Shown here: positions 25,296 through 38,686 of the stretch, piece by piece
Position numbering within the stretch: position 1 is the first letter of the stretch
Layout: each line of letters begins with the position of its first letter
Assembly (NCBI GenBank): GCA_951406725.2
Contig: OX597833.1
Coordinates: forward strand, 37,200,001-37,264,000
DNA: 64,000 nucleotides
DNA from: Octopus vulgaris
Taxonomy: Eukaryota
Reading direction: 5' to 3'
Made by a program: the position numbers and the translations under genes
Notes under the pieces: generated by a model
The model's input: the letters and a program-made list of their open reading frames with translations, nothing else
What the model was told of the DNA's origin: nothing
The model's database searches: none

Positions 25296-28276
25296 CATTT
25301 TCACTTTCTTAAATTGAAAAATCCCACTATATGGTTTCGCTTGATGCATTTTTCATTTGGTGCTACTGCTTCTTTCTTAAAAATGCTTCAAATTTAGTCA
25401 CTACTACTGAATCTGAAGCTAGTATCAGAACACAAATTTACTTTGTAACAAACATTGGATGGTTAACGTATGAGATGTGTTTACCATATGAAAGCATGTG
25501 TTATCACTAACATAAGATCTACATTGATGTTTTGATTTAAATACAGGTAGTTTCAAATGATTTGAGACCAGGACTGGTCTCAGAAGCCAGTTATGAAAGT
25601 TTTAAATATTGTAAATATATCCAGTGAAGGCTTTATGACCAAAAAAAAGGATATATCAGATATTTATCCTTTTCATTACTATATTTCTAACAAAAATACA
25701 ACTCCTATTCTCAATGAAATTCTCAAATAACCAAGATCAAAACTAAATTGTTTTATGTTTATTGAGGTACAAAAATTAGTTTTGGAATACAACTTAGTGA
25801 AAGTTTCTTAAATAAATCTATTACATCTTAGAAGCAAAACTGAAATTACAGGTGAAAATATTTAAAATCATTAAATTTAAAATTATTTAAATATTGTTTA
25901 ATATCACCACAACCAATATTCAGCTGGAGTAAATATCAAAATAATTGTGAAGTAGAAGAATTGTGCACATTATTGGACTTTCATTTGAACTTTAGTACAT
26001 ATAAAACAAGTGTTCCGTAAAGGTAAAATAGTGGATGTTATGTTCGGAGAGGGGACACACAACTACAGAAATTAAATAAATTCACAGATATATAAACAAA
26101 TGATTCATTGTGATAATAAATCTAAATTCATCACTTAATCTTACCTGTAAATTAATGATAATAATAATAAAAACAAAACGAGATAGATTTGAAAATTAAG
26201 TATTACATAAATTTAAATAATTACTAACAGTATCTTGAAATTCCACAGCTCACTTTTGTGGCATAGTTTCAGCCATAAACACTTGCCCTGTTAGTTAATA
26301 ATAGCCTGTCATTTCCTTCACAATGCTTTAATGAATTTTTTGCTGCTTAAAAGTACTGTATTTATTTAGTAAATACATCTCCTTTAGTTTGATAATAATT
26401 GAAATAAGATTTGAGCTGCAATATTTCTATGCTTTATTGACAGGAAAAAGGGTTCTGTTTGACACTGCCTCTTTAATACTTCTGTATGCATTTTGGGCTA
26501 AAATATGTAAATGACAAATAATTTACTCAATAAGTTATGTGCATATACAGTATGTATAATACAAAAATACTGTAATACAGAATAAGTTGAAGCATTTAGA
26601 AGAATGATTATAAATAAATAAAAAAAACTGTGCATTAGGACACATTTCATTCATACTTATATACCAAAATTGCAGAAATTTTCACAAGCTCGTCATTTAG
26701 AAATGGAGAGAATCTCTTAGATTTCTTATAAAGTAATGCAATCCAATATTGGTGCTTGAATTGTTGATGGCAGATGGAATCAAAATAATAAATTAAATTA
26801 CTCTACAAAGAGAATATACAAAGTCTTTTCAAATAAGCAAAATATATATTAGTATTTAAGAAAAAAAGTCCAAGTAATGATATTTACATATTAAAATATA
26901 TCAAATATGACAGTTACAGCTTTAAAAAAAATTATCTGGGTATTGCAAATAGAAGTATATAAATGATGAAACACTGGAGCTTTAATATGTATGTATAATG
27001 AATGAATGTGGTTATGACCATATACTCTAAGCACAGTTTGGATAAGACCCCACATGCTAGTCTCTTCAATTGCACTGACTTGCCTGCACTCTTATATGTG
27101 ACATATAAGCCAGTAAGAAGGAAGACTAATGGTTGGTCATGATGCAGAGGGCCATGGAAAGCTACATGTCAGGAATATCATTGCTAGAGCATATCTGAAA
27201 CGATATAATGCAGAATGGAGTGGAGTGAACAATGTGATTATGAAATAATAAAAGTATATGTTCTGCTGCATTACACATGCTGCAAGGTTCACAGACCACA
27301 GTGGGCTCCTGCAGTTGTTGAGTAGAATCCATTAGATCAGAAGAGACCACTTAAAAAACCTCCAAAATGCTGGGACAATGACATAGTCAATAGATTTGGG
27401 CCCAAGCTAAAGAGAAGAATGAAAGTACATTGTAACCAGTGGTGTATAGAGATAAAAGACACAGTGGTTTCACACAACCTCTCACTTCTTAAATCCCCCT
27501 CTCTATCTCTTTCTTTCTCTCTCTCTTCTCTTCTCCTCTCTCTACTATTCATCATTATATAATGAGTGTCGCAACCACCATCTCTGCCACCACCACTATC
27601 ATAACAATTAATGACCTTATCTCTGCTTCTACTACTACCATAACATGCAGTCATTTCTTTCTTGCTATTTCATTTACTCCCTTTAACGTTACTTACATCT
27701 TACAAAAGTAGAAACATGAATATTGATATACAGTATAATGATTTCTGTCATTTATAAAACATCATTTAGCATACTTTGCAAAATGATCATGGAAAGCTCT
27801 TTCAATTGAGTATTCACTGAAAGCTCTCCTTTTTTGATATTGACATTCTTGGAATCATTTTTTGTGGCCATCATTTCATCATAAAAATGCATACACATTT
27901 TACACATATGTATTTTTAGGACTTAGCTGAATTCAGAAAGATATCCGTCTAGCATGCCCTTGCCCTGACCATGACATTTTCTTTTTTATGAATAACATGT
28001 TCACTTCAACATTGCTATGTCTACACAACTACTGATGACTGCATTGCTTTTGAGCCCCTCATGATTTGGTAAATAGTACAAAAGTATTTTCAATACTAAG
28101 GAGCAAAGTAGCTAGTTCTAAAATCTCTAAACAAGATATAAGTAGCAACAATACTAGATGGTAATATTTTTTGCCACTATTATATGGCTGTTCTGTACAG
28201 AACCGTTACTACATTTTAACCCTAGGAAAACGTCTTTTTCAGCTGGTTAACGATACACAACCTGTATCTGATATAT

Positions 28277-28403
28277 TGTAAGGGAGTAAATCACTCCCCT
28301 CTGGCTTGGCAAGACCAGTAGGTCATGGTTTTTGGGTCTTTACCCCATCATCTGTACTGGATACCTGCCTGCTGGAGATGGCAGTCAATCGTCCCCACTC
28401 ACA
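28277..28403. mobile_element. candidate very short solo LTR
   Basis: Starts TGTAAGGG and ends CACTCACA (6/8 inverted match). ATATAT flanks both sides, and the segment is GC-richer than its flanks. Confidence 0.35.
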
Positions 28404-28424
28404 ATATATAAACACAGAAGCAAA

Positions 28425-29548
28425 CTAGCTAGTTCAAAAATCTCTAGACGAGATATAAGTAGTAATAATACTGGATGATAACATTTTTCGCCTCTACTCT
28501 TATTTACTATATGCCATAAAAAGCTATCAGCCACCATTTATTATCTGGTCTACCTACTGAGCAAGTGTAAGTTCATGCCGTAAACAAATGGTGAAACTGT
28601 GAATGGCTCAGGAACTGGATGTAATCCTTGGGACTGTATTCTTCACTGCGAGGGGAGTGGATAACTGTGGCAATTCTAGAGCTAATACATGCAACCGAAG
28701 CCGCGATCACAGGTCGCAACCGGGCGTCAGGCTGAAAAACAGTGTTCGGCAGCCACCATGGTCTCGTGTTGCAGCCGGCACCTACTCGGCCAGTCCAGGG
28801 CAGCGCACCCACATGGTAAAATATGTATACAGAAATACACAAGTGCAGAAGACAGTAAACAATGAAAATAACTTGGTAACATAAATTATGTTTCTTAATA
28901 CATCGGTCAGAAAGTAAATAATAAATTTTAACGGAAAATAAAATATTGTACGTGTTGAAGTGCAATTTGTTAGTCAGTGAACCAAAGAGCCAGTTTTGAA
29001 GGAACCAGACAGAAACTGTCAACAACAGAAAAACACAAAACCATATGGATTTGAAGTGAAATTTAGGAAGATACTTCTGGCTGTAAATTATGAAATTACT
29101 TGCATCAGTAATTGTGAAATTCTTTCTATCAGTAATTTGTTGTTTGTTTGTAAATATCAATTCAAAACTTAGACTTACAGTGAAAACAATAACATGAAAG
29201 TTAAACAATGGCATATGAAAATCGAAAGTGAAAAGAATAGAGTCTGAAAAATGAAAACAAGAGATATAGACAGAGAGATAGAGTTGGATAGAGATACACA
29301 TAAAGAGATATGTTATGTCAGTGATGCTAGAAAACCGGAAGTAAAAATATTAAAATCTTTGAAAGACATGAATGTAATATAAAAAGCAATATTTTTTATT
29401 TATTTTAATTTTTAATAAAAAAATCAAATGCAGACCCTGTAATATGCCTAAGGTCAAATTATTCATGCATCACAATTATGGAAGTAATTGGTGAAGCCGT
29501 TTTCACATGAAAAGTGAAATCATACACATCTCTATTTTATATATTAGA
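28425..29548 (-). mobile_element. possible non-autonomous Helitron-like element
   Basis: The minus strand begins A|TCTAATATATAAAATAG at 29548. A possible CTAG|T end lies at 28425 with only a weak hairpin nearby, so the 3' boundary is uncertain. Confidence 0.35.
28561..28810 (+). pseudogene. 18S rRNA 5'-region fragment (orphan rDNA pseudogene)
   Basis: TGGTGAAACTGTGAATGGCTCA and TGGATAACTGTGGCAATTCTAGAGCTAATACATGC (28658-28692) are conserved SSU motifs in the correct order, followed by GC-rich sequence. There is no further rDNA. Confidence 0.9.
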
Positions 29549-30879
29549 TAATTTCCAGACCATAGCATAACCTAGGCTATGCTAATTTAACTACTCATTC
29601 TTCCCTCACAAAAACTAAAGCATAGAAGTATCCAGTACTCTCAAATCTTCTGCGCTTTGATACTAGGAAACAAACAGTCTTAGTTCTTGTTAGGTAATTT
29701 TATTTAAGTGTCCTTAGTACAGTATCCGGGTGGAATCTTATTTTAATTAAGGATCATAAATGTTCTTCCTCACTTACTGGTGCACTACAAGTGCATCTTA
29801 TATGGATATACTGAACAACATTATAGAAATACATTATAGTCATTAGACTGGAAACAAGGATTGTCCAAGTGTTCATCGGCACTCCTGTAATTGGTAATTT
29901 TGGGTAGCTTCTTAATCATCATCATCGTTTAATGTCTGCCTTCTATGCAGGCATGGGTTGGATGGTTGCCAGATAATGTTTATAGTAAAATTGTATGCAA
30001 TTTTCCCCTTGAGGTATCTATAAAACTAAAAAGTATCTTTTTTTATTCTTTATTTAGTCTACATAATGATGTGTTTCCCCAGTTATTGTCTAGAACATTA
30101 TTACTAAGTGGGTGGGAGAATATAAAAAGAAGACGAAAAACTGATAGCTTTCAAATCATTGGAAAGACTATTTCTAGGTCTGATCTCTTCTGAAAATTTT
30201 TGAAAGAGATGCTTAAAAAAGTTTCATTTAATTCTGTTTTTGTATAAAATCATTATCATTATTTTTATTACTGTAGGAATCACATTCAGAAATGATCATA
30301 ACCAGTTCTATATTCAAGCATGTGGTTAAGTTTGTTGCATTTTTCTTGTGTTTCTGTCACATCTTTTGAAAAGTCTTCAAATTCAGAGTCATTATTAATC
30401 AATGTGAAGCTGGTTTTCAGCTTTTCCTAATGTAGAACATTATAGAAGACTGTGTGGAAAAAATATCCAAGGACTTTGGAGAATCCAAAGTCCATTTAAA
30501 AAAGACTGTCTAATGAAGTCATGTTATACTAGTAGAATAACAAGTTTGTGTTCTTTTTCGCATTTAAATATGATTAGGTTGTTTTGGATTGCTTGGTGTT
30601 ATAAGCCATAAAAAGTTTTGGGTGAGTTTATTACAGAAGGGCTATAGTTATTAAAATATTAAATTAGTAAAAAGATATTTTAATTAACGTTTTTATGTCT
30701 TTCCAAATCAAATCTGTATTTCATTTGTAAAGGTTACCATGTGTGTGTGCATTCATGCATGCACAGACACATGTATGCATGTGTAAGTATTCAACAACAA
30801 AATCAAACAAAAGTTAACCATGACAGACTTCTCCATCTTCCCCTCATTTCCTCACCATCATCTTCAGTTGTCTTTTTGG

Positions 30880-31270
30880 GTTTTCTTTTCTTTGCTTCCT
30901 TCTGCATTTATTTCCATCACTCTTCTCGTCCAGTCATTTTCATTCTTCCTCAGCACCCAACCCAGCCATTTTATCACATTCTCTTCAAAACCTTCATCAT
31001 TGGCTTTATTCGCATCGTCCTCTGAAATTCTTTGTTTTCTTCTCTCTTGGTTATATTCCTGCTCATCCATAAAATCATTCTCACTTCTGTTCTTTCTATC
31101 TGAATCATAATACTCCTCCTACATGCAGCATACACTGTTCCATCAATTTCAGCAATACCTCTCTTCATTAGCATGTCACTCAATTCCTGGAACTTTTTCC
31201 ATACACACTCCAGCTACTGTTGTTTGATCCATTCCATCTTCTAGCTAACAAAATGTTTTCACATCTATCT
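30880..31270 (-). mobile_element. degraded RTE LINE C-terminal fragment
   Basis: Remnants FC*LED, GTVYAAC and IKWLGWVLR correspond to RTE motifs FCYLGD, KGRVYxAC and LRWFGHVxR. Confidence 0.55.
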
Positions 31271-31689
31271 TCATGCCATTTCCAAGATTGGGCTCAATGC
31301 TCTCTCTATTTGCTGTTCCCTTGATGCATACCTTTCAGTTAGAGTTAGCTAACAACCCTCTGACACCCTTAGGGGAATAATATTTTTGTCTAATGAATTT
31401 AATCAACTGATGATGAAAGTGAATAATTCAATAGGAGCATAGATTACCAATATGTAAAAGTAACAAAATTCGATATAAAGAAAATGAGTTTTAATTATTT
31501 TAATACTGCCTTACAAATCCAGACTGGTGGTGGTGGTTGTTGTTGATGGTGATGAAATACTTGCTATCCCTTTCTCTCTCTCCTTCTTAAAAAAGTACAG
31601 CTTCAGCTTTATGAAATTTATTTATTCTAGATAAGTACAAGAAAGTGTTACTAAAATTTTGCTGCTGCTATTCCTGCTCTGTGTTTTCT

Positions 31690-32500
31690 ATATTGAATGG
31701 ATATAGCTATTGAGTAAAGACTTAGAACTAGAAAGACTCTGAGACAAAAACCAGCATGGAAAAGGAAGATATGGAAGCTTAAAGATCCATTAAACAGTCA
31801 GAAACTCAGAGACGTACTATTTGAAGCACTTGATGAAGAGGAGGAAGAAATAGTGATGTAAAGCATAAATGACAACTGGAAGTTCTTACAGGACAACATA
31901 CTGAGGCCTACAGACAAAATTTGTTGCTGGTGCAAGGTTTCCAGCAACATGGGTGGGGAACAGTTAGGTAGGCAGCTGTAAAAGTGAAGAGATAGGCTTG
32001 TAAAGATTGGAGCAGCAAAGAATTATACAAGATTATTTATGAGATAATTATGACTAGGCAATAGTTTTATTTATCAAAGGGAGACATAGAAGGCAAGATG
32101 TTTGCCAGTGTTCTACTGTATTAGCACCAAAAGCATGTGTTCTGGATTACCAGGTAGTATATCAGAAAAAAATTGAGATGTATAAGTTTCAAAAGATGAA
32201 TTATTGCACACAGAACCAACAAAGGGTTGATACCTACAATTAACATGTAGAAAGGCAGGAATAGCTCTTGAACCATCAGAAATTGCTGCTAACATGCTTA
32301 AAATGTCTGGCAGTGTAAGATACAGCCTAGTACCCATATAGTTAATCAGGTTATACAGCAAAGTGCCGTACCCGATTATGAAAGTAACTGAAAGAGTAAT
32401 AGCTTGATAAATTAGATATAGTTAGCCTAGACGAGATGTGGTTTGGTTTTGTGTCAGGGACATGTGCTACAGACGCTCTGTTCCTTAGTGAAACAGTTAC
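31690..32500 (+). mobile_element. degraded RTE LINE, inter-domain to RT start
   Basis: PAWKRKIWKLKDP, NWKFLQDNILRPTDKICCWCK, EPSEIAANMLKMSG and VSLDEMWFGFVSG. Confidence 0.7.
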
Positions 32501-34024
32501 AGGAGAAGTATTTAGCTGAGAGTAAACTGCTGTAGTTAGCATTTGTTAACTTGGACATAAAATATAATTTGATTAAGGGTTTACTAATAAACTAGTTACG
32601 AAGTTAAATAATTCAAAGATCATACGATGGATTATGATACTTTAACAAGTTTACAGAAGGTAAGTATAGTTATTTTAGGACAAATTCCATATGACATAAA
32701 CAGATATGTTCAAATGGCGGTTAAGATGGAGATGATGATATATATGATGCACATTAGTCTGCTGACATATACAACATTTTAGTTGTATGGTTTATAGATA
32801 ACAATATATGGTTTATAGATAACAGGAATGTTGTTAGATTTCTTTTGGAATTTGATTCTTTTATGATCCCTTCTTCAGAATGAGTTGAATAAGACTCTGA
32901 AAGCTATTTTAGCTTATGGAGTGGTCAGTTGATATTGTCAACAAAAATTTGGAGTTCTTTATTAGTTCGTCAATTCTCTACATACAATAAAATTGTCAAA
33001 TGTATTTTTTTTATTGTTTTTCTTTTTGTGAATAAAAATATTGTCTAAGTATATTTTTTAATAAGTTTGAGGGTAAGCATTTGTATCTTTAGAGTTTTAG
33101 CATTAGCTTCAGTGGGAAATTATCTTTAAACTCTGGGGAATGGAATTCAAATAACTCTGATATGGATTATGGCGCATGGAAAAATGAATTGAAATTTTTT
33201 CCTTTGTTGGAGAAAGAAACCTAATGACAACCATTAGTAATTCAGGAAAAAGGGGAGATAATTTCAAGAAATTATATGGTTTAACTTTTTTTTATATGTA
33301 AGTGCAAACCTCTTTTGAAACTAGTTAGAATGAAAGTAACTCCTTAATCATGTTGTTTAATAAAATAGTGTTAAATATGTTAAGTAGCCTTTTGTAGTTC
33401 AGTTTCTACAGTTTTAATTAAAGTGGTTTTGGAATTAAAATAGTAATATTTAGATGTACGGGCATTAAAAGACATGGATGCTAAATTTATGCAATTGTAA
33501 AGCCAATTTGATATATAACCTTTTTTACTGTGAGAGTAAAAACAATTTCCTTTCTTTCTGTGAATCATCAAATTACTCAAATTCTGAAGCAGATAAGCTA
33601 CAAAGATAAAATTATTTTCTTTGCCAGGCCATTAAATTTTGGCTTAGAAATAAGGTGTAGGAAGGAAAGTCTGAAAAGAAGAAAACTGAAAATAAATCAT
33701 TCTAAGATTACTGGAAGCTAATAATTGTAATATAGGCACAAGGCCAGCGAAGGTGGGTTTAATCAATTACATTGGCCTGTGTACCTGACTGTGCTATTCT
33801 ATCAACATCAAAAGGATGAAATGCAGAGTTTCAGTGGAATTCAAACTTAGAACATAACCAGAAGAAATACTGCAAGGCATTTTGTCTAGTGCTCTAATGA
33901 TTCTAGCAATCTAAGAACCAATACTTTAGTTAACTAATTGTTGACTGCCAAAAGTTACTAATGGTGATTAAAAAATATTTTTGAATTAGTAAACCAAATT
34001 TTCCATCACAACTAAATATAATAC

Positions 34025-35008
34025 ATCATCATCATCATCATCATCGTTTAACGTCCGCTTTCCATGCTAGCATGGGTTGGACGGTTCAACTGGGGTCTGG
34101 GGAGCCCGAAGGCTGCACCAGGCCAGTCAGATCTGGCAGTGTTTCTACAGCTGGATGCCCTTCCTAACGCCAACCACTCCGAGAGTGTAGTGGGTAATTT
34201 TATGTGCCACCGACACAGGTGCCAGACAAGGCTGGCGAACGGCCACGCTCGGATGGTGTTTTTATGTGCCACCGACACAGGTGGCAGACGAGGCTGGCAG
34301 ACGGCCACGCTCGGATGGTGTTTTTATGTGCCACCGACACAGGTGCCAGACGGCCACGCTCGGATGGTGTTTTTATGTGCCACCGACACAGGTGCCAGAC
34401 GAGGCTGGCAGACGGCCACGCTCGAATGGTGTTTTTATGTGCCACCGACACAGGTGCCAGACGGGGCTGGCAGACGGCCACGCTCGAATGGTGTTTTTAT
34501 GTGCCACCGACACAGGTGCCAGACGGGGCTGGCAGACGGCCACGCTCGGATGGTGTTTTTATGTGCCACCGACACAGGTGCCAGACGAGGCTGGCAGACG
34601 GCCACGCTCGGACGGTGTTTGTTACGTGCCCACAGCACGGAGGCCAGTCGATGCGGTACTGGCTACGGTCCCGTTCGGATGGTTTTCTTATGTGCCACCG
34701 GCACTGGTACCACAAGGATACAAATTCCATTGATGTTCATCTATTTTGATTTGGTTTGACTTGATTCGATTTGACTTTGATTTGATTTGCCTCAACAGGT
34801 CTTCTCAAGTGTCACAAGCAGGAAGGTATGCACAGGCGGACTGACTACGTCCCAGGTAGGGGCCACGGGTTATGGCTTCACTAGTCTTGCCGGGTCTTCT
34901 CACGCACAGCATACTTCCATAGGTCTCGGTCTCTGGTCATTTCCATGGTGAGACTTAATGTTCGAAGGTCGTGCTTCACCACCTCGTCCCAGGTTTTCCT
35001 GGGTCTAC
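34025..35008 (-). mobile_element. young RTE 3' end with an expanded 62-bp tandem array (34200-34710)
   Basis: (CAT)n tail at 34025. ORF end RPRKTWDEVVKHDLRTL on the minus strand at about 34950-35008. Units start at 34202, 34264, 34326, 34375, 34437, 34499 and 34561, plus two diverged units. Confidence 0.88.
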
Positions 35009-35439
35009 AATACAAACCAATAAAATACTTTTTATTAGGCAGACTACAATGTCAGTAAGAATTTTTATGACACAAGTTGTCTTATCAAAGTGCAATACCA
35101 TTTTAGTTACAAGAGATGTGTAGTTATAGTGGTGGAGGTGATCAGAAGTACATAATGGTGAGTCAAGGAAAAGTAGTCCAGGGAAGAGAAAGAGATAACA
35201 TGTCATACAAAAAGGCTGATAAATGAAAAATGTGATTGAAGAGGGACAATGTTAAGAATGAAGAGTGGTTCTGAGTTGTACAAGAAATAACTGGTAGCAC
35301 AGCAAAAGAGGATAAAATTTGAAGTTCTGCTAATTTTATTACAACAGCAGAATACTACAGTAGTTAAGAGAGTAATAGAGTGATCAATGATGGGCATGTA
35401 AGGGATTGGTGCAGAAGGTTTTACAGGGGTAAATTGAGC

Positions 35440-38040
35440 AAGGTGCCAAGTTGTGTGTACTCACATTACACTTTCAGAATCTCAGTTTTCCCATGATAGG
35501 TAGGTTTTCTTGAGTATTGTGTATTTCTATACAGTGCTCTGGTCCTCTGTCATTTCTTCCATCTGGGTGTTAGAAAATGAGTTGTTGAGGTAAACTTGTC
35601 AGAACCACATTTTTGCTGTGAGGAACAAGTTTTCTCAAATAAAGAATATCACCAATCATCTCAGTCTTTTGCCATTTTCCTGTGTGAGGTTGAACATCTT
35701 TAGATCAGTCTTCACTACTTCATCCCGTTTTACTGGACTTCCCTCTTTTAAAGATTCCACCCCATTTAGCAATTGGTATTCTTTAAGCAATTATCCTCGT
35801 CCATATGCATCACATGATCATAACAGTGCAGTATTCCCTTTTGCACACCACATATGATATCTCTTATGCCTAACTTTTCTCTCAACACATCAGTACTTTG
35901 TTGTACTGATGTTGCACATACTGTAGAAAATGCAAGTTTCATTTCTTTCTATACCTTTTCATGTCCCAAGATTCACAACCATGTAGCATATTCTCTGTCT
36001 TTCACTATGAGAAAGAAATTTTTTGTTACCAACAGAGCTAACAGCTTTGAACTTTCTCCAGCTATTTCTTATTTTAGCAGCTTAGAACATCTGCCTCCAT
36101 GCTAAGGTCCTAGATTACAGAAACTATCTACAACTTCTAAAGATCTTTCTGTGTTCTTTGTATTTATTGCTGCTCCTATGTATCTGCCACAAAGTCTACT
36201 TTTTCTGTTAATCTTCCTGTAATTCCACTGCACCTCTTATGTGTAGTTTGCACTGGGTACACCTTATTGAATTTCTGTCTATACCTTTTCTACATATCAA
36301 ACAGGGCAATTTTCCTTAAAGGATTGTCTGTTTTCTTGTTTCCGAGAACTTTAGTCATTGCTAACTTCAAGGCTCTTTGATTCCAGGTTTTGCCTCCACA
36401 CCTGGAACTTCTTTGCTGATTCAACTTTAGATTCTACTATAAAAATAAGGTCATCAGCATAGAGGAGTTTGGGTAACCAGTCTCAAACTCTTCCATTATG
36501 CACCCCTATCCGTGTCATGAATGACTCTCACCAACCATTCATCTGCGTCTAGCTTTCACTGTTGCCACCAGATCAGGGAGCAAAGGACTTTGTCAAAGGC
36601 TTTCTCCAGAGGGAAAGGTGATAAGTACAGTGGTTTACTTTGGGCTAAATATATTTCCTGAAGTTGTTTTACTAAAGAGAGAGCATTACTGGAACTTCTT
36701 TCCGGCACTAAATCAAGCTGCATTTCATCTAGGCTCCCTTCCTAATTAATTCAGTTGTCACAGTCTCCAAAGCTTTCATGACCTAGCCCAGCAATTTGAT
36801 ATGTCTGAAATTACTTTTCTAAGACATCTCCTTTACTCCTGTAGTGGTTGACTATGATGCTGCTACACTAGTTTTGGGGTACGATTCCTTCCCCTATAAT
36901 CTGTTAACTATTTAGGTGACTAAGCTGTATGTTTTAAACATCTCACTTGTAATTTCTGATGGACCAGAAGCTTTCCTTGTCTTCATATCTTTAATTGCTT
37001 CATCTATCATACTGCTGTCAACTAGAATATTTGTTCCCTCCATCTGGTTTACACTTAAAAGACACCTTTTCATTCATTCACAACATTTAGTAGCCTTTTA
37101 TCATGGTAATTCCATGTCTCTTTCCAGAAGCACTAAGTACAAGCATAGCATTATGCATCCATACAGACTTCTCTCCTACAACACCTTGATTTTCTTTGAG
37201 ATTACCACCTTGCACTCCAGAGAATCTCATACCTCTGGTCCTCAAGCCACAGAACACTGGCAAACTTTTTTTTTTTCTTTCACTAAATATACCTGTATAT
37301 TAGTTTCTTTTCTAAACTACCTAGTATTGTTTTGTGCTATCCCCTGTCTTCCAATCCTTACAAGTCTCTCCTTTAGCTGGAAGTTTGCTTCAGTCACAAA
37401 TTTGGTCTTTAGTCCTCTTTCTATCTCTAAGTCTAAAATTAATAACTAGTAACCTGTTTCACCAGGAAAAGTGAATCTGGCTTGTGTGCCCACTAGATTA
37501 TAGGTGATAAGGTGGCTGGTATGTTTTTTAAAGTTAGTGTTGCAGATCAACAAATTATTTGCCTCTCGGAACTCCAGCAGCCTTATTCTTCCATTTCTAG
37601 TTTGAATTCCATAACTTTCATGTACACTGAGTGCTTCCCAGCATGTCTGTTGAAGTCACCAGCTATGGTAATGAGTCCATTGTCATTTGTCATTCAGGTA
37701 AACTGCAGAAGGGCCTTATAGCAACAGTTGTTTTGTTAATCTGCTTGTACAGTTTGTGGAGCATATGCTGAGATGAATGTTACTGTTGCATTATCTAATA
37801 CTTGTCTTAATTTAACAATCTTATCATGCACTATGACTTTTCTCTGCCAAAAGTATGCCTACACCACCCATGCTATCACTGCTAACTACCCAGAAGAATT
37901 TGTGCCTTTGTTCCTTACTCATGAGGAATGTAATAGAGGCTCTCCTCCATCTTACTTCCTGCACACAGCACACATCTGCATGACTGCTGTAACATTTCAA
38001 CAATCTCACTGGACCTACCTTTCATTGTGCCAACATTGAT
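35440..38040 (-). mobile_element. long degraded RTE LINE (APE plus RT)
   Basis: NVGTMKGRS, VCCVQEVRW, GGVGILLAEK and GDFNRHAG (APE); LEKAFDKVP and LLYADDL at about 36450 (RT). Many disruptions. Confidence 0.85.
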
Positions 38041-38554
38041 CATGATGGCTTTAAGGATATGAACTGTGGAAGAGGTGGAGACAGGAATTGGAGTATTGTT
38101 TTCAGCTTCTGATAAGAAGGCTTATGCAAATACCTACCTGTATGCAGTGAGTATTTATACATGTCCAGTGCAATAGGTGTTTATTGCTCAATGGATTACA
38201 CATTCCCTCAATCCACCATATCTTCAGAGCAAGCAGAAGAGAGAGGAGCAGCAATGGTGAGTCTTTATGTGCACATACATACTCCACATATATTTTATAT
38301 ATGGATGCAAGCATATATGTGCATCCTTACATATACACATGAATAACATATAAATCTGCACATACATATACCAATATAACCATCCACACAGACACACATA
38401 CACATCAATGCATATATGTGTGTGTGTGTGTGTGTTTGTCTTCTGCTATAGTCTTGGGCTGACCAAAGCCTTGTGAGTGGATTTGGTACTCAGAAACTGA
38501 AAGAAGCCTGCTGTTTGTGTTTGTGTGTGTGTGTGTGTGTATATATATATTTAT

Positions 38555-38686
38555 AAAATTTAGAGGACTGACCACTAAAAAAATGGACAGCCTATATGCT
38601 AGATATAGATGTCAAAATCGCCATTTTCCACGAAGAATGTGTTCTCAAAAAAAAAAATTCAGCAAGTGGTCAGTCCTCTAAATTTT
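38555..38686. repeat. perfect 22-bp inverted repeat with 88-bp spacer
   Basis: AAAATTTAGAGGACTGACCACT (38555-38576) and AGTGGTCAGTCCTCTAAATTTT (38665-38686). Confidence 0.95.

Noticed and set aside
25033-25296. ~260-nt structured ncRNA closed by a 13/14 terminal stem
   Set aside because: The minus strand translates to a CRE retrotransposon C-terminus, so the stem is probably coincidental.
26139-26185. Minus-strand recursive splice site (TTTACAG|GTAAGA)
   Set aside because: It is a single motif antisense to the miRNA host with no independent support, and plausible by chance in AT-rich DNA.
27068-27087. miR-92-like sequence AATTGCACTGACTTGCCTGC
   Set aside because: There is no complementary 5p arm upstream, so no hairpin forms.
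28561-28810. Functional 18S rRNA gene
   Set aside because: Only about 250 bp are present, the true 5' end is missing, and there is no downstream rDNA.
28573-29301. 242-aa minus-strand ORF
   Set aside because: It crosses the 18S fragment and AT-rich repeat sequence and has no recognisable domain.
34064-34759. 231-aa and overlapping ORFs
   Set aside because: They arise from a stop-free 62-bp tandem repeat in a retroelement 3' UTR.
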